Shown: positions 49,501-58,840, counted from the stretch's first letter. The stretch: 64,000 bases of DNA from IMGVR_UViG_3300028654_000001:310001-374000; one strand, 5' to 3'. Notes: a model not told the origin generated them from the letters alone. Program-made: numbers and translations.

Positions 49501-50914
49501 TCCTGGGGTACCCGTAGCGAGATACCAAAGCATCTGGACCACACTCCATCCACATATTTCGGATGGTTAATGAAAGGCTAGAAGGGTTGATGGTTTTCTG
49601 CTTACCCCAAGGAGGGGCTACTAATCTCGGAGGAGTAAGCATCGCTTTCTCCTCTGGGGTCCCAAACCCAGGCTTCCCAGTAGTACCGATTAGGTTCTTG
49701 AACAAGGCGTGCATAGTCCCAACCTGCACCCCAGTGGTACCAACCACACCACTGAGCTTGCCCTTGATCTTGTCCTCCAACTCAACTGCTGCCTTTTTGT
49801 TGAAAGAACAAGCCATGATTCGAGCAGGGTTGACCCTTCCGTCCTTCACTAGATACTCGATACGAGATACCAGGGTCGTCGACTTCCCACTACCGGCGCC
49901 AGCCGCTACTCGAACCCTTCCACCGGTGAGAGCTGCTGCCCTCTGCTCATCATCCAGATGCTGCAATGGTACTGGTATGTTTTGGAGAATATTTGGGTCA
50001 CTGATGGCAGCCACTGCAACCGCAGTGGCAATACCAACAACCTCGGACTGCTTTGGAGGCTCATCAGGTTTTTGATTAATATCAAGAGATTTCTTGGCCG
50101 CAGCGGTAGCATTTACCTGAACAGTAGCCAACATTGCCGATCGGGAGTCTTGGGTGATCTGAGTCTCTTGTGCTCCAACCGCAGCCGATTCCTTGATACT
50201 CGTAGTTGTGAGAGCTATGGAGTCTTGGATCTCATTAGAAGCACTGTCCACCGGCTCTGGAGCAAACTGACCTGACCCTGCCTGCTTAGCCGCATCATCA
50301 ATCCAGTCCCTCATCCGAATGTTCAACATCGGAATTGCAGCAAATATGTCGAGAGCCTTGTCTGCATCGTCCAACATGGAGGCGGCAATGGATTGCTTGA
50401 CCTGTCGAACGTACTTGGGGTTCTCCAAGATCCCCTTCACAGTTGCAGTACCCCCTCGAGTAAGGAGGGTCCTGAACTGCAAGGCCCTTCGAGCGGCTCC
50501 CGCTGGGTTGAAGGCTTTCAGGTTCAGAGCTCTCCGAAGCATTGCCTTCTGTGATGGTTTTTCTAAGTGACTCTCGAGGAAGTCCCCGTAAGCATCAAGT
50601 TGGGTATCCGCCATCCGAAGGATGTGAAGACCCTTCTTGATGAGAGCATCTTCGGTATTATCAACCCCAGAGGTCTCTTCTGCGTACCTCTCGTACGTAT
50701 CCAGAGCCAACAGGAAGATGATGTACTCGGCGACCTGAAACTCACCAACGGGCTCATCTTCACCATCAGCAGGCGGCGCAGCAGCTCTCACCGTTGAGGC
50801 TATCGGAACCAACAGAGGGTTATTCCGAGCCCTAGCAAACAAGTTGGCTTGGGCTGGGCTCTCATCAATAGTCTGGGTCATCAGATTCTCCGGATCTACG
50901 TAGATGGCTTTCAA
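46502..50914 (-). CDS. uvrD: UvrD/PcrA/Rep SF1 helicase with ~310-aa N-terminal extension and an intein
   Basis: Motifs VAAGAGSGKST, SFNKKAA, GTMHA, ILVDEAQD, VGDEKQAIYQFRGA, TNYRC, AVLARTN, STVH|SVKGAQW and ERNLAYVALTRA. Confidence 0.95.
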   Translation of the reverse strand: MKAIYVDPENLMTQTIDESPAQANLFARARNNPLLVPIASTVRAAAPPADGEDEPVGEFQVAEYIIFLLALDTYERYAEETSGVDNTEDALIKKGLHILRMADTQLDAYGDFLESHLEKPSQKAMLRRALNLKAFNPAGAARRALQFRTLLTRGGTATVKGILENPKYVRQVKQSIAASMLDDADKALDIFAAIPMLNIRMRDWIDDAAKQAGSGQFAPEPVDSASNEIQDSIALTTTSIKESAAVGAQETQITQDSRSAMLATVQVNATAAAKKSLDINQKPDEPPKQSEVVGIATAVAVAAISDPNILQNIPVPLQHLDDEQRAAALTGGRVRVAAGAGSGKSTTLVSRIEYLVKDGRVNPARIMACSFNKKAAVELEDKIKGKLSGVVGTTGVQVGTMHALFKNLIGTTGKPGFGTPEEKAMLTPPRLVAPPWGKQKTINPSSLSLTIRNMWMECGPDALVSRYGYPRKWVENPPQAKKAGLLLNAWRGNDVTLEQAKASVNSQAEAQAVIWYEMYLGLKGDIPGWLPPCNPSKPYESFMSKNRRGKERLGDMDDMLKILRDILRRDPKAKEVMQGMFDHILVDEAQDLNTVQHQIFGMLSEHIPQDSKDKSIWMVGDEKQAIYQFRGAKPELFQNLDEGWTLRTIRTNYRCQPEIVEAANRLIERDSDGTVIASKSDPRKSPGQASIQVNVPDSNVEAAIDTIGRYRKDIDEGAATEDFAVLARTNAELNDFETACIINEIPYIRRGGRGFLEAPESKAVLGYIDLATGNDYEKMRDSLISILTKPDRGVRLSHSDLEKAVDEALDEVARKQRVDVRNVRPDILLDSRYVRVLADRLKMPYRAAIVDSMVRKGKSISTAEYAYGRIVDDLADALRGIAPGIRDLQEYIEGNHTTEELLNYILDNTSSTVKSWDSATRTESFATATLREQISEDAAIYSDDEQDVEDEDDKETDVHNELGEEGLLKVKEKSNQGKGLGAVQFLFSLAHPNENDQKEATDPALAHGYIKKLARYSKLAATLRVDPAKWEKKQQELPPGLRKEKPPAITLSTVHCSPPDELILTTDGWVPIGELNQSKHRLASYMKGCNQLFWGRSGKRGPRSKTTTHHEGYAFVRGSRPYSGDLIKVVTDSSTTRVTPNHRLLVKLSNSFMNKYVVYLMRRGDWWRVGHCVSATRPYKAGGVGGRLGTEKADAGWILGVFSTKAEAMKMECLIQGIYGIPGVTFEAYQDTKGNGRILSSGQLHAIHESTKSYVAPRALNLLREYGLDIKYPLYVRGLGPEKKNNYSVAFLIRACNLLSGYMELPVVSSEFVTGVGTKKAWTKPCWSVLQVEREPYHGEVFSLRVLPHEYYVSGGAIVHNSVKGAQWQNVAVVMPKGLFPMERKPKPDDPPPDPVQEASRMKAERNLAYVALTRAAVNLEITCPKGMSPFVFDAGLAPGENVSKPGVEPQEVAKESSADPVDSIYSEEL
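46832..47749 (-). mobile_element. Intein (306 aa) in helicase motif V
   Basis: Begins CSPPDELILTTDGWVPIGEL, has block B TRVTPNHRLLV, ends VFSLRVLPHEYYVSGGAIVHN followed by Ser. Removal restores LSTVHSVKGAQW. Confidence 0.93.
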
Positions 50915-50931
50915 TAGAAAGGCAAACGGTT

Positions 50932-52842
50932 TTACTTACCGGGCTCCAAAAACCCCTCGTCAATCAACCTTCCTCGAATATATTCGGGGTCTGCATAGGG
51001 TTCGTCCTCCCGAACCAAGAAGTACCTGAGCACTGGGTCGGATTGAATCAGGTTCTCCTTGATCCTATCGCGCTCTTGGAGTGCGAAGAAGAGCTCCTCT
51101 CGTTTGATATACACCGATGGGAATACCCAATGTTGCCACCCATGAAATTCCACTATCAAGTTATGAGATGGGAAGTAACCGTCAAAACGAAAACGATGAC
51201 CTGATGGTGGGTTTACGAATCTCCAAGACTTCCACTCTTGTTCGAATGGTACGCCACCTAAAGCTTTTGACACCGCATCAAGACAGATAGTTTGACGAAT
51301 ACTATGACTAAATGTCTCCAAACCATGTCGTGTGCACTCGCGCTTTACAACCTTGTAGTCCTTCTTGAGTCCAACCATAGCGGAGGCTACAACTACTTTC
51401 CCATTCTTCAACCTAAAAGGTATTAAGTCTTCTTTTTCCAACCTAATGATCTGCCGCTCCACTCTAGCGTCTACATACTTAGTAGAGCTACGAAGTCCAA
51501 TAACATCCATGTATTTTCTCAAAGTTGGGTCACAAATATCGAGATCTTCTGCCATGGTCTTAAGATCCACAGCACCAACTTCATCAAGATACGGAGTAAA
51601 GTCAATCAAGGCTAGGTCCAACCTTGTTGCATCATTCGGAACCCCAGTTTTGATAAGTGAGAGCTTATTTGAGGTGCTTTGGAGACTAGGGTGATCCTCT
51701 TTAGTGAGACCCTTGCTCCATGAAGCCCGACCCTTCATGGCTTCTGCTGCATTAGCCACACGTACATCAGTCTCTTTGGTCAAACCACGATTCCATCCGG
51801 CACTAGCAGACATCTTAGCCTTCACCTCATCGGATAGTTTTCGCCCTCTAAGAGCTGAAGGACCGTGAACTTTAGAACTTAGAGCTATGAGTTTGAAGTT
51901 TGGGTGAATAGCCTCATACCGCCCGACTAGCTCTCGATGCTCACTGTTAACGTGAGAGGTTAGGTTCTCTGCTTGGTAACCGCAGACTTGACAAGTCACA
52001 TAATCTTCCGGTTCTGACTTACCATCCCATTTGGATAAGTCTGCTGCTTCAAGATCAGCTTGTTTACATTCTGGGCATCGAGAATCATGAGTAGAGTAGG
52101 CAAAAAATGCTGAAACTTCAATCTCTTGGTCACAACCTGAACATAATATGGTTTTCGTCTTCCCTTTTGTAGGGAATTTTTCATGAGATTCTCTCGCTGA
52201 CACCCCACGGAGTACTGTCAAAGCTTCAGAACGAATAAGGGCCTCTGGGAACTGCATCCTGTATTGACCAGCATTAATCTTATGTGCTGCCAACAAGTGG
52301 CGAGCTAGGGTTACTGACTTGTGTCCGCAAAGAAGGCAGGTCACGTAATCCTTACTTTCAATCTTCCCCTCCCAAGTCAGGTCCTCTTGAACTTGTAGGT
52401 ACTCCTGGTGATTCACATCAGCAACTTGAGCTAGATGCATTGAAAGTCCTTTTGAACCAGAACACCCAAGACCACACACCGGGCACTGACGGTCAACCCC
52501 TCGTTCTCTATCGGAACAGGTAGGGCAAGTAACTCTGCTTAGTCTAGACCTTGAAAGTATGGTTACTGAAGTAGGGGTACCACATTCCGCACAAGGTTCC
52601 ACTACCTCTTTCATCTTATGGGTTGACCCAGCCCTACTACGCCCACAAGCGACTGCTGCTGCTGATTGTAACTTATTCCCACGAGAATCAAAAGCTTCCT
52701 GCCCAAACTTTTCAACCCACCACTTTCGTAGAGTGTTGGGAGAGACCTCGAGACGTTTTGCTATTGCCTTGAAACCCTCAGTAGACTCAAACAGTGAGTA
52801 GGTATCTAAGGGGGTGGTAGAAGAGTGTTTACCAACGGGCAT
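50932..52842 (-). CDS. Free-standing homing endonuclease-like protein: HTH, multiple zinc fingers, NUMOD3-like repeats, C-terminal PD-(D/E)XK/Vsr-like nuclease
   Basis: Two DYVTC..CG.....L..H Ros/MucR-like fingers, WNRGLTKETD / WSKGLTKED repeats, and RFRFDGYFPSHNLIVEFHGWQHW...RDRIKE nuclease motif. Confidence 0.8.
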   Translation of the reverse strand: MPVGKHSSTTPLDTYSLFESTEGFKAIAKRLEVSPNTLRKWWVEKFGQEAFDSRGNKLQSAAAVACGRSRAGSTHKMKEVVEPCAECGTPTSVTILSRSRLSRVTCPTCSDRERGVDRQCPVCGLGCSGSKGLSMHLAQVADVNHQEYLQVQEDLTWEGKIESKDYVTCLLCGHKSVTLARHLLAAHKINAGQYRMQFPEALIRSEALTVLRGVSARESHEKFPTKGKTKTILCSGCDQEIEVSAFFAYSTHDSRCPECKQADLEAADLSKWDGKSEPEDYVTCQVCGYQAENLTSHVNSEHRELVGRYEAIHPNFKLIALSSKVHGPSALRGRKLSDEVKAKMSASAGWNRGLTKETDVRVANAAEAMKGRASWSKGLTKEDHPSLQSTSNKLSLIKTGVPNDATRLDLALIDFTPYLDEVGAVDLKTMAEDLDICDPTLRKYMDVIGLRSSTKYVDARVERQIIRLEKEDLIPFRLKNGKVVVASAMVGLKKDYKVVKRECTRHGLETFSHSIRQTICLDAVSKALGGVPFEQEWKSWRFVNPPSGHRFRFDGYFPSHNLIVEFHGWQHWVFPSVYIKREELFFALQERDRIKENLIQSDPVLRYFLVREDEPYADPEYIRGRLIDEGFLEPGK

Positions 52843-52846
52843 GACT

Positions 52847-52890
52847 AAACCTCACTTCGGTATGGATACCACCAAAGTGAGGTCTGTCAA
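52847..52890 (-). promoter_or_regulatory. TTGACA promoter plus RBS-sequestering hairpin upstream of the endonuclease gene
   Basis: Minus strand reads TTGACAgacctcactttggtggTATCCATaccgaagtGAGGtttagtcATG. acctcactttggt pairs with accgaagtgaggt (13 bp, one G-U) and covers the GAGG RBS. Confidence 0.65.
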
Positions 52891-52945
52891 TATTATGTCT
52901 TGAACTACCTTGTAAGTGCTTGAATCAATAAAGGTTTCTTGGGAC

Positions 52946-55900
52946 CTAGATCCTAGCTCTAAGGTTGAATGTTAAGACGATATAGAGCAAGGGAAAAATT
53001 GGAGCATAATATGCTACAGCATTCAATATCGTTGGATCATTAGGATCTACCGTAGCGGCGATACCGGTGAAGGCCGAGACGATCTCCTGCTGGATCAACT
53101 GCTTGAAGAGGGAGGTCATCGAGACCTCGACTTCATTGGTTCGACTCGACAGGAACTTGGTACCTACGTACGCGTCAAGGACTGACCTGGAACTGATCGA
53201 GACGTAGTCAGCGATCTGGGTTACCGTGGGCAACCGGGTCAGGATGTTCGTCATGTTGGTCGTGAGACCCTGACGGATCCGGATGATCGGCTGCAGATCT
53301 TCCAGGATTGTGATACCAGCCGTGGCCGTTTGATTGGCTTCGACCGGATCCATGATCCTGGGAATCTGGGTGAACCCTTGGAGCTGACGCCTCGTGTACG
53401 GGGTAGCAACATCCACAGCCGGGGAGCACACAGCACCGGCGACGGCCGCCGCGAAGAAGGTCCCATCCACCAGAGACTGGTAGGTGTTCCCGAGCTCGTC
53501 GGTGAAGGTGACTACTACCGAATCCGGGTAGAGAGCCACGATTCTCGAACTGAACAAGGACTTCGCAATGGTCTGAGCCACGGTGGGGGTTGTTCCACTG
53601 GCAAATCCGATCATACCCATCCGCTCACTCTGGTTGCGAATGTTTGACATGACTTCACAGTGCTGAGTCAGGTACGAGTACACTGCTGTATCCGTGCTGA
53701 GGGGCACAATGACGTCAGGCTTGACGTTACCGGGAAGAGGAGCAGCCAACCCTTGAATAGCCGTTATGAAGGACTGTGCAGAGGCCTGGTTCGTATTTGG
53801 AACCTTGAGAACCTGCTTGATCCCGACAAGAACAGCACCATTGAGGATGGCCAAGTAGGCACCCAGAGTAACCCTGTTCTCAGCATTGAGTGGGCCGTAA
53901 ACACCCTCAATAGTCTTGAACTGAGAGTACAGCTTCGTCGAGAAGTCCTGCTTCATGTAGTAGTAACTAATGAAGTAGAAATCCCCGTTGGCGGGCTCAA
54001 CCCCAGAAGGATTGAACGTCTCGATGTTAGCTGTGTCATTCACTCCAATCCCAACCGTATTGGCCACGATGGTCTCGAGGCCCGGAATTGAATAGAATGG
54101 CGCTCCTGGATTCACAGAGAATGTCTGTGAAGCAATCAGGGTGAAGTGGCCTGCACTGTCGTAGTGCCCAGTGGTAGACGGTAGAATCGTGAACCTAAGG
54201 CCTGTACGAGCATCCGTATAGGTCTGACCTGGGTACCCTATACCAGATGATCCATTGACCGTATCCGAAGAGGTAACCGCAAATTTGTCGGTGGCATCCT
54301 CACCATCGTCCCCAGAGATCCCAGGAACAATTCCAGTCCCAGTGAGGGTATTGAAGGCCGTAGAGGCTACGAACCCAATGCTGCTGGTGATGCCCGTCGT
54401 CAGGGACTCAATGGTGACATAAGTCTGGCCATTGAGGGTTGACGGATAGGCAACTGCACCAGTATCGAACCCAGATGTGCCCATGAGGGAGTCAACTACC
54501 TCTTGAGCCGATACCAAAGTCTGGCTCGCGAAAGATCCTTGGCTGAACCCAAGGAGGGTATTCGCTGTACCATCACCAATCAGAACTGCAGACTGAGTCT
54601 GATTGGTGTTACTTGTGATCCGGATCTTACCAGCATTTGCTAGAGTACCGTCAGTAGCCGAACCTTGTGAGGTTACTACGGCATTGATCTGTTTAGCAAT
54701 TACACTCGCTGACATTGACTCGATGTCAATCGAAATCGTACCATCGAAGGTAGCTGTTGGGATAATGCTCAACGAACCAGTGCTGGTAGCTGTAACCGAA
54801 ATCACAGTTGTGTCCGCTACCCCTGCAGTTGTGACACCACCAAAGACTACGTCAACTGTACCAGCTGTTGACGTGATGGTAATGGTAATGGTGTAGACTG
54901 CACTAATTATAGCAGCTAGTGGGTTAACCAAAGCTGCTACATTACCAACACCAGCCGTATGGGTGAAGGTATTGTAGGTTGTCGTCCAATTAGTCCCAGT
55001 GTACCCCGTGGTTGGTGTAATCCCATTAGAGAGGGTTGTTGTGAAGTCAACCCCATTGAGCCTCACCTGGAAGGTGTCATTCACACCGGCAACAACTGTA
55101 AAGGGTTCTGCAACTGCTCCCAAGATGGTTGCAGGCTTGTTGACGGATCCTGTAGTTCCAAGAGCCTGTTCAAAGGTCTTGAACCCAAGTAGGGTCTCTG
55201 CCGTGCCTTGAGCAACATAAACTGAGCTGACAGAATCAAACCCACCGGGAAGTGCCCCAGGGGTCGTGTTGCTCTTGATCAGGAAGAAGGTTGAGGTTCC
55301 GCCGAATGCCGGTATAGCTGTTGCAGTGGCGGGAGTGATAACACCACTAATAGCCGATGCAACTGTTGATGGGGTTCCTGATGTCAGGGTTACTGTATGA
55401 GCAACCCCATCAATCACTAGGTTCAGGACATCATCTACCCCAGTGGTGAATACAACATCACCGCCGGTGAGGACAACTGCCTGACTAACCAGAGTAGCAG
55501 GTCTTGTTGTAAGTAGATTGGTGCTTACCGGAGTACTATTGACATTGGTGATCCAAGTCGCTGAAGCTGAGTAGAACGAGTAAGGCTGGGCCCCTTCGTT
55601 CGTGTAGACAGCATTGCGTGCCGGAGCCTGACCAAAGGTCACTGTAACGGTCTCTGAAACTGGTGCCCCAGCTCCCGTGTAGAGTGCATCCGGGATATAT
55701 TCAACACCACGGGGCCACTGCACGATCTCTGAGAGTCCACCCTTGGTTCCGAATCGAACCTGGTATAGGTTCGTATTCAAGAGTGAGGAGAACACGGTGT
55801 ACTGCCCAACCCCTACCGGGCCGGCAACCGTATTGGTCAGGATATAGGTATCATCTTCGATTCGGTTGTAATAGAACGTCGCGTAGACATTCCAATCAGC

Positions 55901-57463
55901 CGGAATAGAATCCCTCAGAGTGATCTTTCGGTTTGAACCGTCAACTGCAACTACGGTAGCTGCTGGATGACCTAAGGCATCCGAGAGGGTTCGACCTACT
56001 CGAGCAATGACCAAGTCGGGACGGTTCGTGACCACATCTTGTCGGCTATTGGTAACTGACGAGAAGAGGGCAGAGCCCAAAGTCGTGTCTCTACCGTTAC
56101 CTGTGGTGGGGATCTCAGGCAATAGAAACACTGTGTTACTGATCACAGCTGGGATGACCGAAGTATCTGCAAACCTAGTGCAAGGTGCCAGATACATCTT
56201 GTTATCAACAAGAGTCGGAATGATCTGAGTGTTGTCGAAAGGGGTTGCACCAGGAGTCTGCAACGTAGAGGATACCGAATAACTGGTACCCCAGTGGACA
56301 ATCGAGACATCCGGAGTCGGGTTCTTAATGACGAAGTCCGCACCCTGAATGTAGTCGGAACGTCCAGGACTGATGCCTGCCCTGATGACACTAGTCACCA
56401 ACGGGTTTGGCAAATAGTCGAAAGTATCCTGCCAGGTATTCGCCCAATAGTTGATCGTAACAACGGCTCCTGGAGGAGGCGCGAGAGTCAAAGTTACAAT
56501 ACCGTTGGTACCATCCACAGCTGAGGGGATTACCTGGACGTTGTTCACCTTTACGACAACCTTTGAGGTGTCAGTTGTGGTGATACCACCAGAGGTTCCG
56601 TCGACGATCGGGCGTTGGAACACCCTGAACTGAGTGTTACCACTCACAAGCTGATTACTCGAGAGACCAAGAATGCCATTTGCATTTCCTGAACCGATCT
56701 GAATCGAGGAGACCGCTGTGAGCTGTAGGTGAGTTGCATTTTGATTGTCAGTGAATACTGATGCAACTCCAACACCCAAGGCTGCTGTGATCTGAGTCAC
56801 TAAGCTTGCAGTAGAAGCAGTGGGAGAAGCCTGGAATACAACTGTCCGTAGGGATCCACCATTGAGGGCTACCTGAAGGGTGTCATTCACACCAGTGATA
56901 ATGTTGAACGGTCCAAAACCAGGGGTGATGATCGTCTGAGGGGCCTCACTAACCTGATAGGACACATTATCCGTAAAGGCCGTGTCAGAACGGTGGAAGA
57001 AGTATGTTACCCGAACGGTGTCCGATGGCTGAGGTGGTACTTGAAGGGTTAGGATACCAGCAGAGCCATTGACGGACCCCACCGCGACAGGAGAGCCATT
57101 GACGGTAACGGTCACATTTCGAACATCGTTTGTGACTCGACCGAAGCCCTCACCATCAACTATCGGAGTGTTCCGAACTCTGAACTGAGTTCGGGTACCA
57201 TCCTGAGCACCCAAAATCGGGTTACTTGGATTTGTAGTGTCCACAATCCATTCAGCGGAAACGTCTTCATTGACGATCTGCTCGTCAAGAGTAGAGGAAG
57301 ATCCTCTAACCATCTCGAGGTCGCTTACCTGGAGTTGTTCTTGACCTACACCGATTATGAAGGGAATACGAATGCCAGCTACGAGGGCTGCAACGTTTGC
57401 ATCGGTTAGTGTGCGGGAGTAAACACCTGGTTGAACATATGTCGAAAATGGTCCCAAACTCAT
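52946..57463 (-). CDS. Tail sheath protein with multiple inserted domains
   Basis: N-terminal YVQPGVYSRT; C-terminal sheath core (HCEVMSNIRNQSERMG, AAAVAG, GITILE...IRIRQGLTT, YYAPIFPLLYIVLTFNL). Confidence 0.93.
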   Translation of the reverse strand: MSLGPFSTYVQPGVYSRTLTDANVAALVAGIRIPFIIGVGQEQLQVSDLEMVRGSSSTLDEQIVNEDVSAEWIVDTTNPSNPILGAQDGTRTQFRVRNTPIVDGEGFGRVTNDVRNVTVTVNGSPVAVGSVNGSAGILTLQVPPQPSDTVRVTYFFHRSDTAFTDNVSYQVSEAPQTIITPGFGPFNIITGVNDTLQVALNGGSLRTVVFQASPTASTASLVTQITAALGVGVASVFTDNQNATHLQLTAVSSIQIGSGNANGILGLSSNQLVSGNTQFRVFQRPIVDGTSGGITTTDTSKVVVKVNNVQVIPSAVDGTNGIVTLTLAPPPGAVVTINYWANTWQDTFDYLPNPLVTSVIRAGISPGRSDYIQGADFVIKNPTPDVSIVHWGTSYSVSSTLQTPGATPFDNTQIIPTLVDNKMYLAPCTRFADTSVIPAVISNTVFLLPEIPTTGNGRDTTLGSALFSSVTNSRQDVVTNRPDLVIARVGRTLSDALGHPAATVVAVDGSNRKITLRDSIPADWNVYATFYYNRIEDDTYILTNTVAGPVGVGQYTVFSSLLNTNLYQVRFGTKGGLSEIVQWPRGVEYIPDALYTGAGAPVSETVTVTFGQAPARNAVYTNEGAQPYSFYSASATWITNVNSTPVSTNLLTTRPATLVSQAVVLTGGDVVFTTGVDDVLNLVIDGVAHTVTLTSGTPSTVASAISGVITPATATAIPAFGGTSTFFLIKSNTTPGALPGGFDSVSSVYVAQGTAETLLGFKTFEQALGTTGSVNKPATILGAVAEPFTVVAGVNDTFQVRLNGVDFTTTLSNGITPTTGYTGTNWTTTYNTFTHTAGVGNVAALVNPLAAIISAVYTITITITSTAGTVDVVFGGVTTAGVADTTVISVTATSTGSLSIIPTATFDGTISIDIESMSASVIAKQINAVVTSQGSATDGTLANAGKIRITSNTNQTQSAVLIGDGTANTLLGFSQGSFASQTLVSAQEVVDSLMGTSGFDTGAVAYPSTLNGQTYVTIESLTTGITSSIGFVASTAFNTLTGTGIVPGISGDDGEDATDKFAVTSSDTVNGSSGIGYPGQTYTDARTGLRFTILPSTTGHYDSAGHFTLIASQTFSVNPGAPFYSIPGLETIVANTVGIGVNDTANIETFNPSGVEPANGDFYFISYYYMKQDFSTKLYSQFKTIEGVYGPLNAENRVTLGAYLAILNGAVLVGIKQVLKVPNTNQASAQSFITAIQGLAAPLPGNVKPDVIVPLSTDTAVYSYLTQHCEVMSNIRNQSERMGMIGFASGTTPTVAQTIAKSLFSSRIVALYPDSVVVTFTDELGNTYQSLVDGTFFAAAVAGAVCSPAVDVATPYTRRQLQGFTQIPRIMDPVEANQTATAGITILEDLQPIIRIRQGLTTNMTNILTRLPTVTQIADYVSISSRSVLDAYVGTKFLSSRTNEVEVSMTSLFKQLIQQEIVSAFTGIAATVDPNDPTILNAVAYYAPIFPLLYIVLTFNLRARI

Positions 57464-57561
57464 GGTAAATCTCCTAACTAGAACGATTGATCTACATTTG
57501 GTACGATTTAATCTAGTTGGATCTGATAAAGGGTCTTTACTTGATGCTCATTTGATTTGAT

Positions 57562-58308
57562 CTAGTCTGGGACTACACTAACACTACAGGGAGATAAGTG
57601 ATTTAGGTGGTACCACTTCTTAGAATTCACTCTAGCCTTCTGGCGTGACTCTTCCAAGTGTTCAGAACTCCATAACCAACGAGTTATCGTTTGACGTGGG
57701 ATTCCAAACTTCCTCTCAGCAGCATGAAAACCAATGATTTTAGCCTCTGAAGTAACAGTAGCTACTATACTATCTGTATACTTGCGCTTAGATTCACTAA
57801 GTTTTGCTCTAGACTCAGCAGACAATGTGCGATGAGTGCTGGCCAAGGAGATCTTGGTTCTGGTTTCATCAGACATAGCCATGCTCTTTCTTACAGAACT
57901 GACTTTAGCCCTGAGCCGAGCAGCAGAGGGATCATCCGATTGGTGCCAAGACTTGAGCTTATCGGATATCTTCTTTTTAGCAATATCAGAAGGGGTTAGG
58001 CCCCATGAACCCTCTCCACCAGAAGTCAGGTTATACCCAACTTCTCTATCTGTGGTGTCAAAAAACTGAATCAGGAACTTCTCAATCTCACAAGCTTTCT
58101 CCCAAGTTGAAACTGAGGTGATCTCGTGCCAAGTAAAACTCCCCGGGCCATACTTGCGGATAGCTCTATGAAGTCTGCAGTTAGAGGCACCTCGACTGGC
58201 ACTACTGATATGTCGACTCACCCGGCGTTTAAGATAATTTGAGGTGATCCCGAAGTAAAACTTCGCACTGGGATTGCACACTGCTATGTAGACCAAGATC
58301 TCAGGCAT
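57562..58308 (-). CDS. GIY-YIG homing endonuclease with NUMOD3 repeats and HTH
   Basis: LVYIAVCNPSAKFYFGIT...RRVSRH, LHRAIRKYG, EKFLI, GYNLTSGGEG; MSDETRTKIS / LSAESRAKLS; C-terminal AERKFGIPRQTITRW. Confidence 0.92.
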   Translation of the reverse strand: MPEILVYIAVCNPSAKFYFGITSNYLKRRVSRHISSASRGASNCRLHRAIRKYGPGSFTWHEITSVSTWEKACEIEKFLIQFFDTTDREVGYNLTSGGEGSWGLTPSDIAKKKISDKLKSWHQSDDPSAARLRAKVSSVRKSMAMSDETRTKISLASTHRTLSAESRAKLSESKRKYTDSIVATVTSEAKIIGFHAAERKFGIPRQTITRWLWSSEHLEESRQKARVNSKKWYHLNHLSPCSVSVVPD

Positions 58309-58402
58309 TGTCGAGTCTTTGGCCTTAAAGAGGTTACAAGTGAAATATTTAGCAGTTAGCCAATATTAGAAACAGAAAAGAGGCAGCAGCGAAGTTGAGC
58401 CT

Positions 58403-58840
58403 TTATATGCTAGTTTTAGCTTCAGGTTGCTTCTCCATTGTTACTGCATAGTCCACAAGTCTACCCCTGGCCTCCCTTTCAGCTGGGCCCATTGCAAGGT
58501 ACTCGGTATAACCTTCACCATCAACTCTAGATAGTGCAGGACTCTCACCTACCGTGCGGACTTCTCGCTTGACACGATCCCGATTTCTATAGGTTGACCA
58601 ACGTTCCTCAGCACTACGCCCAACAATCTTGTCAGCAGTAGGGTAATCTTGGTCATGAACTCCAGAGTTAGCCGGAGCTGAACCCCCTGGTGCGAAGCCA
58701 AACCCGAAACTACTTCCATCGAATAGCCTTGGGGCATCGTCAGCACAAGATGGGCACTCGTGAGTCGGATGTGCACCCATCTTCAGGGTCCGATCAAATC
58801 TTGTTCCGCATATCTGACATTCAAATGTGTACTTTGGCAT
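58403..58840 (-). CDS. FmdB-family zinc-ribbon protein
   Basis: MPKYTFECQICG...ECPSCADDAPRL matches the MPxYxYxCxxCG...CPxC FmdB signature. Confidence 0.88.
   Translation of the reverse strand: MPKYTFECQICGTRFDRTLKMGAHPTHECPSCADDAPRLFDGSSFGFGFAPGGSAPANSGVHDQDYPTADKIVGRSAEERWSTYRNRDRVKREVRTVGESPALSRVDGEGYTEYLAMGPAEREARGRLVDYAVTMEKQPEAKTSI

Noticed and set aside
8770-57463. Extracellular contractile injection system or tailocin instead of a phage
   Set aside because: Very large structural genes, several homing endonucleases, an intein, head-type cargo genes and the absence of bacterial housekeeping context fit a jumbo phage. Capsid and terminase genes are not in the window, so this is not formally proven.
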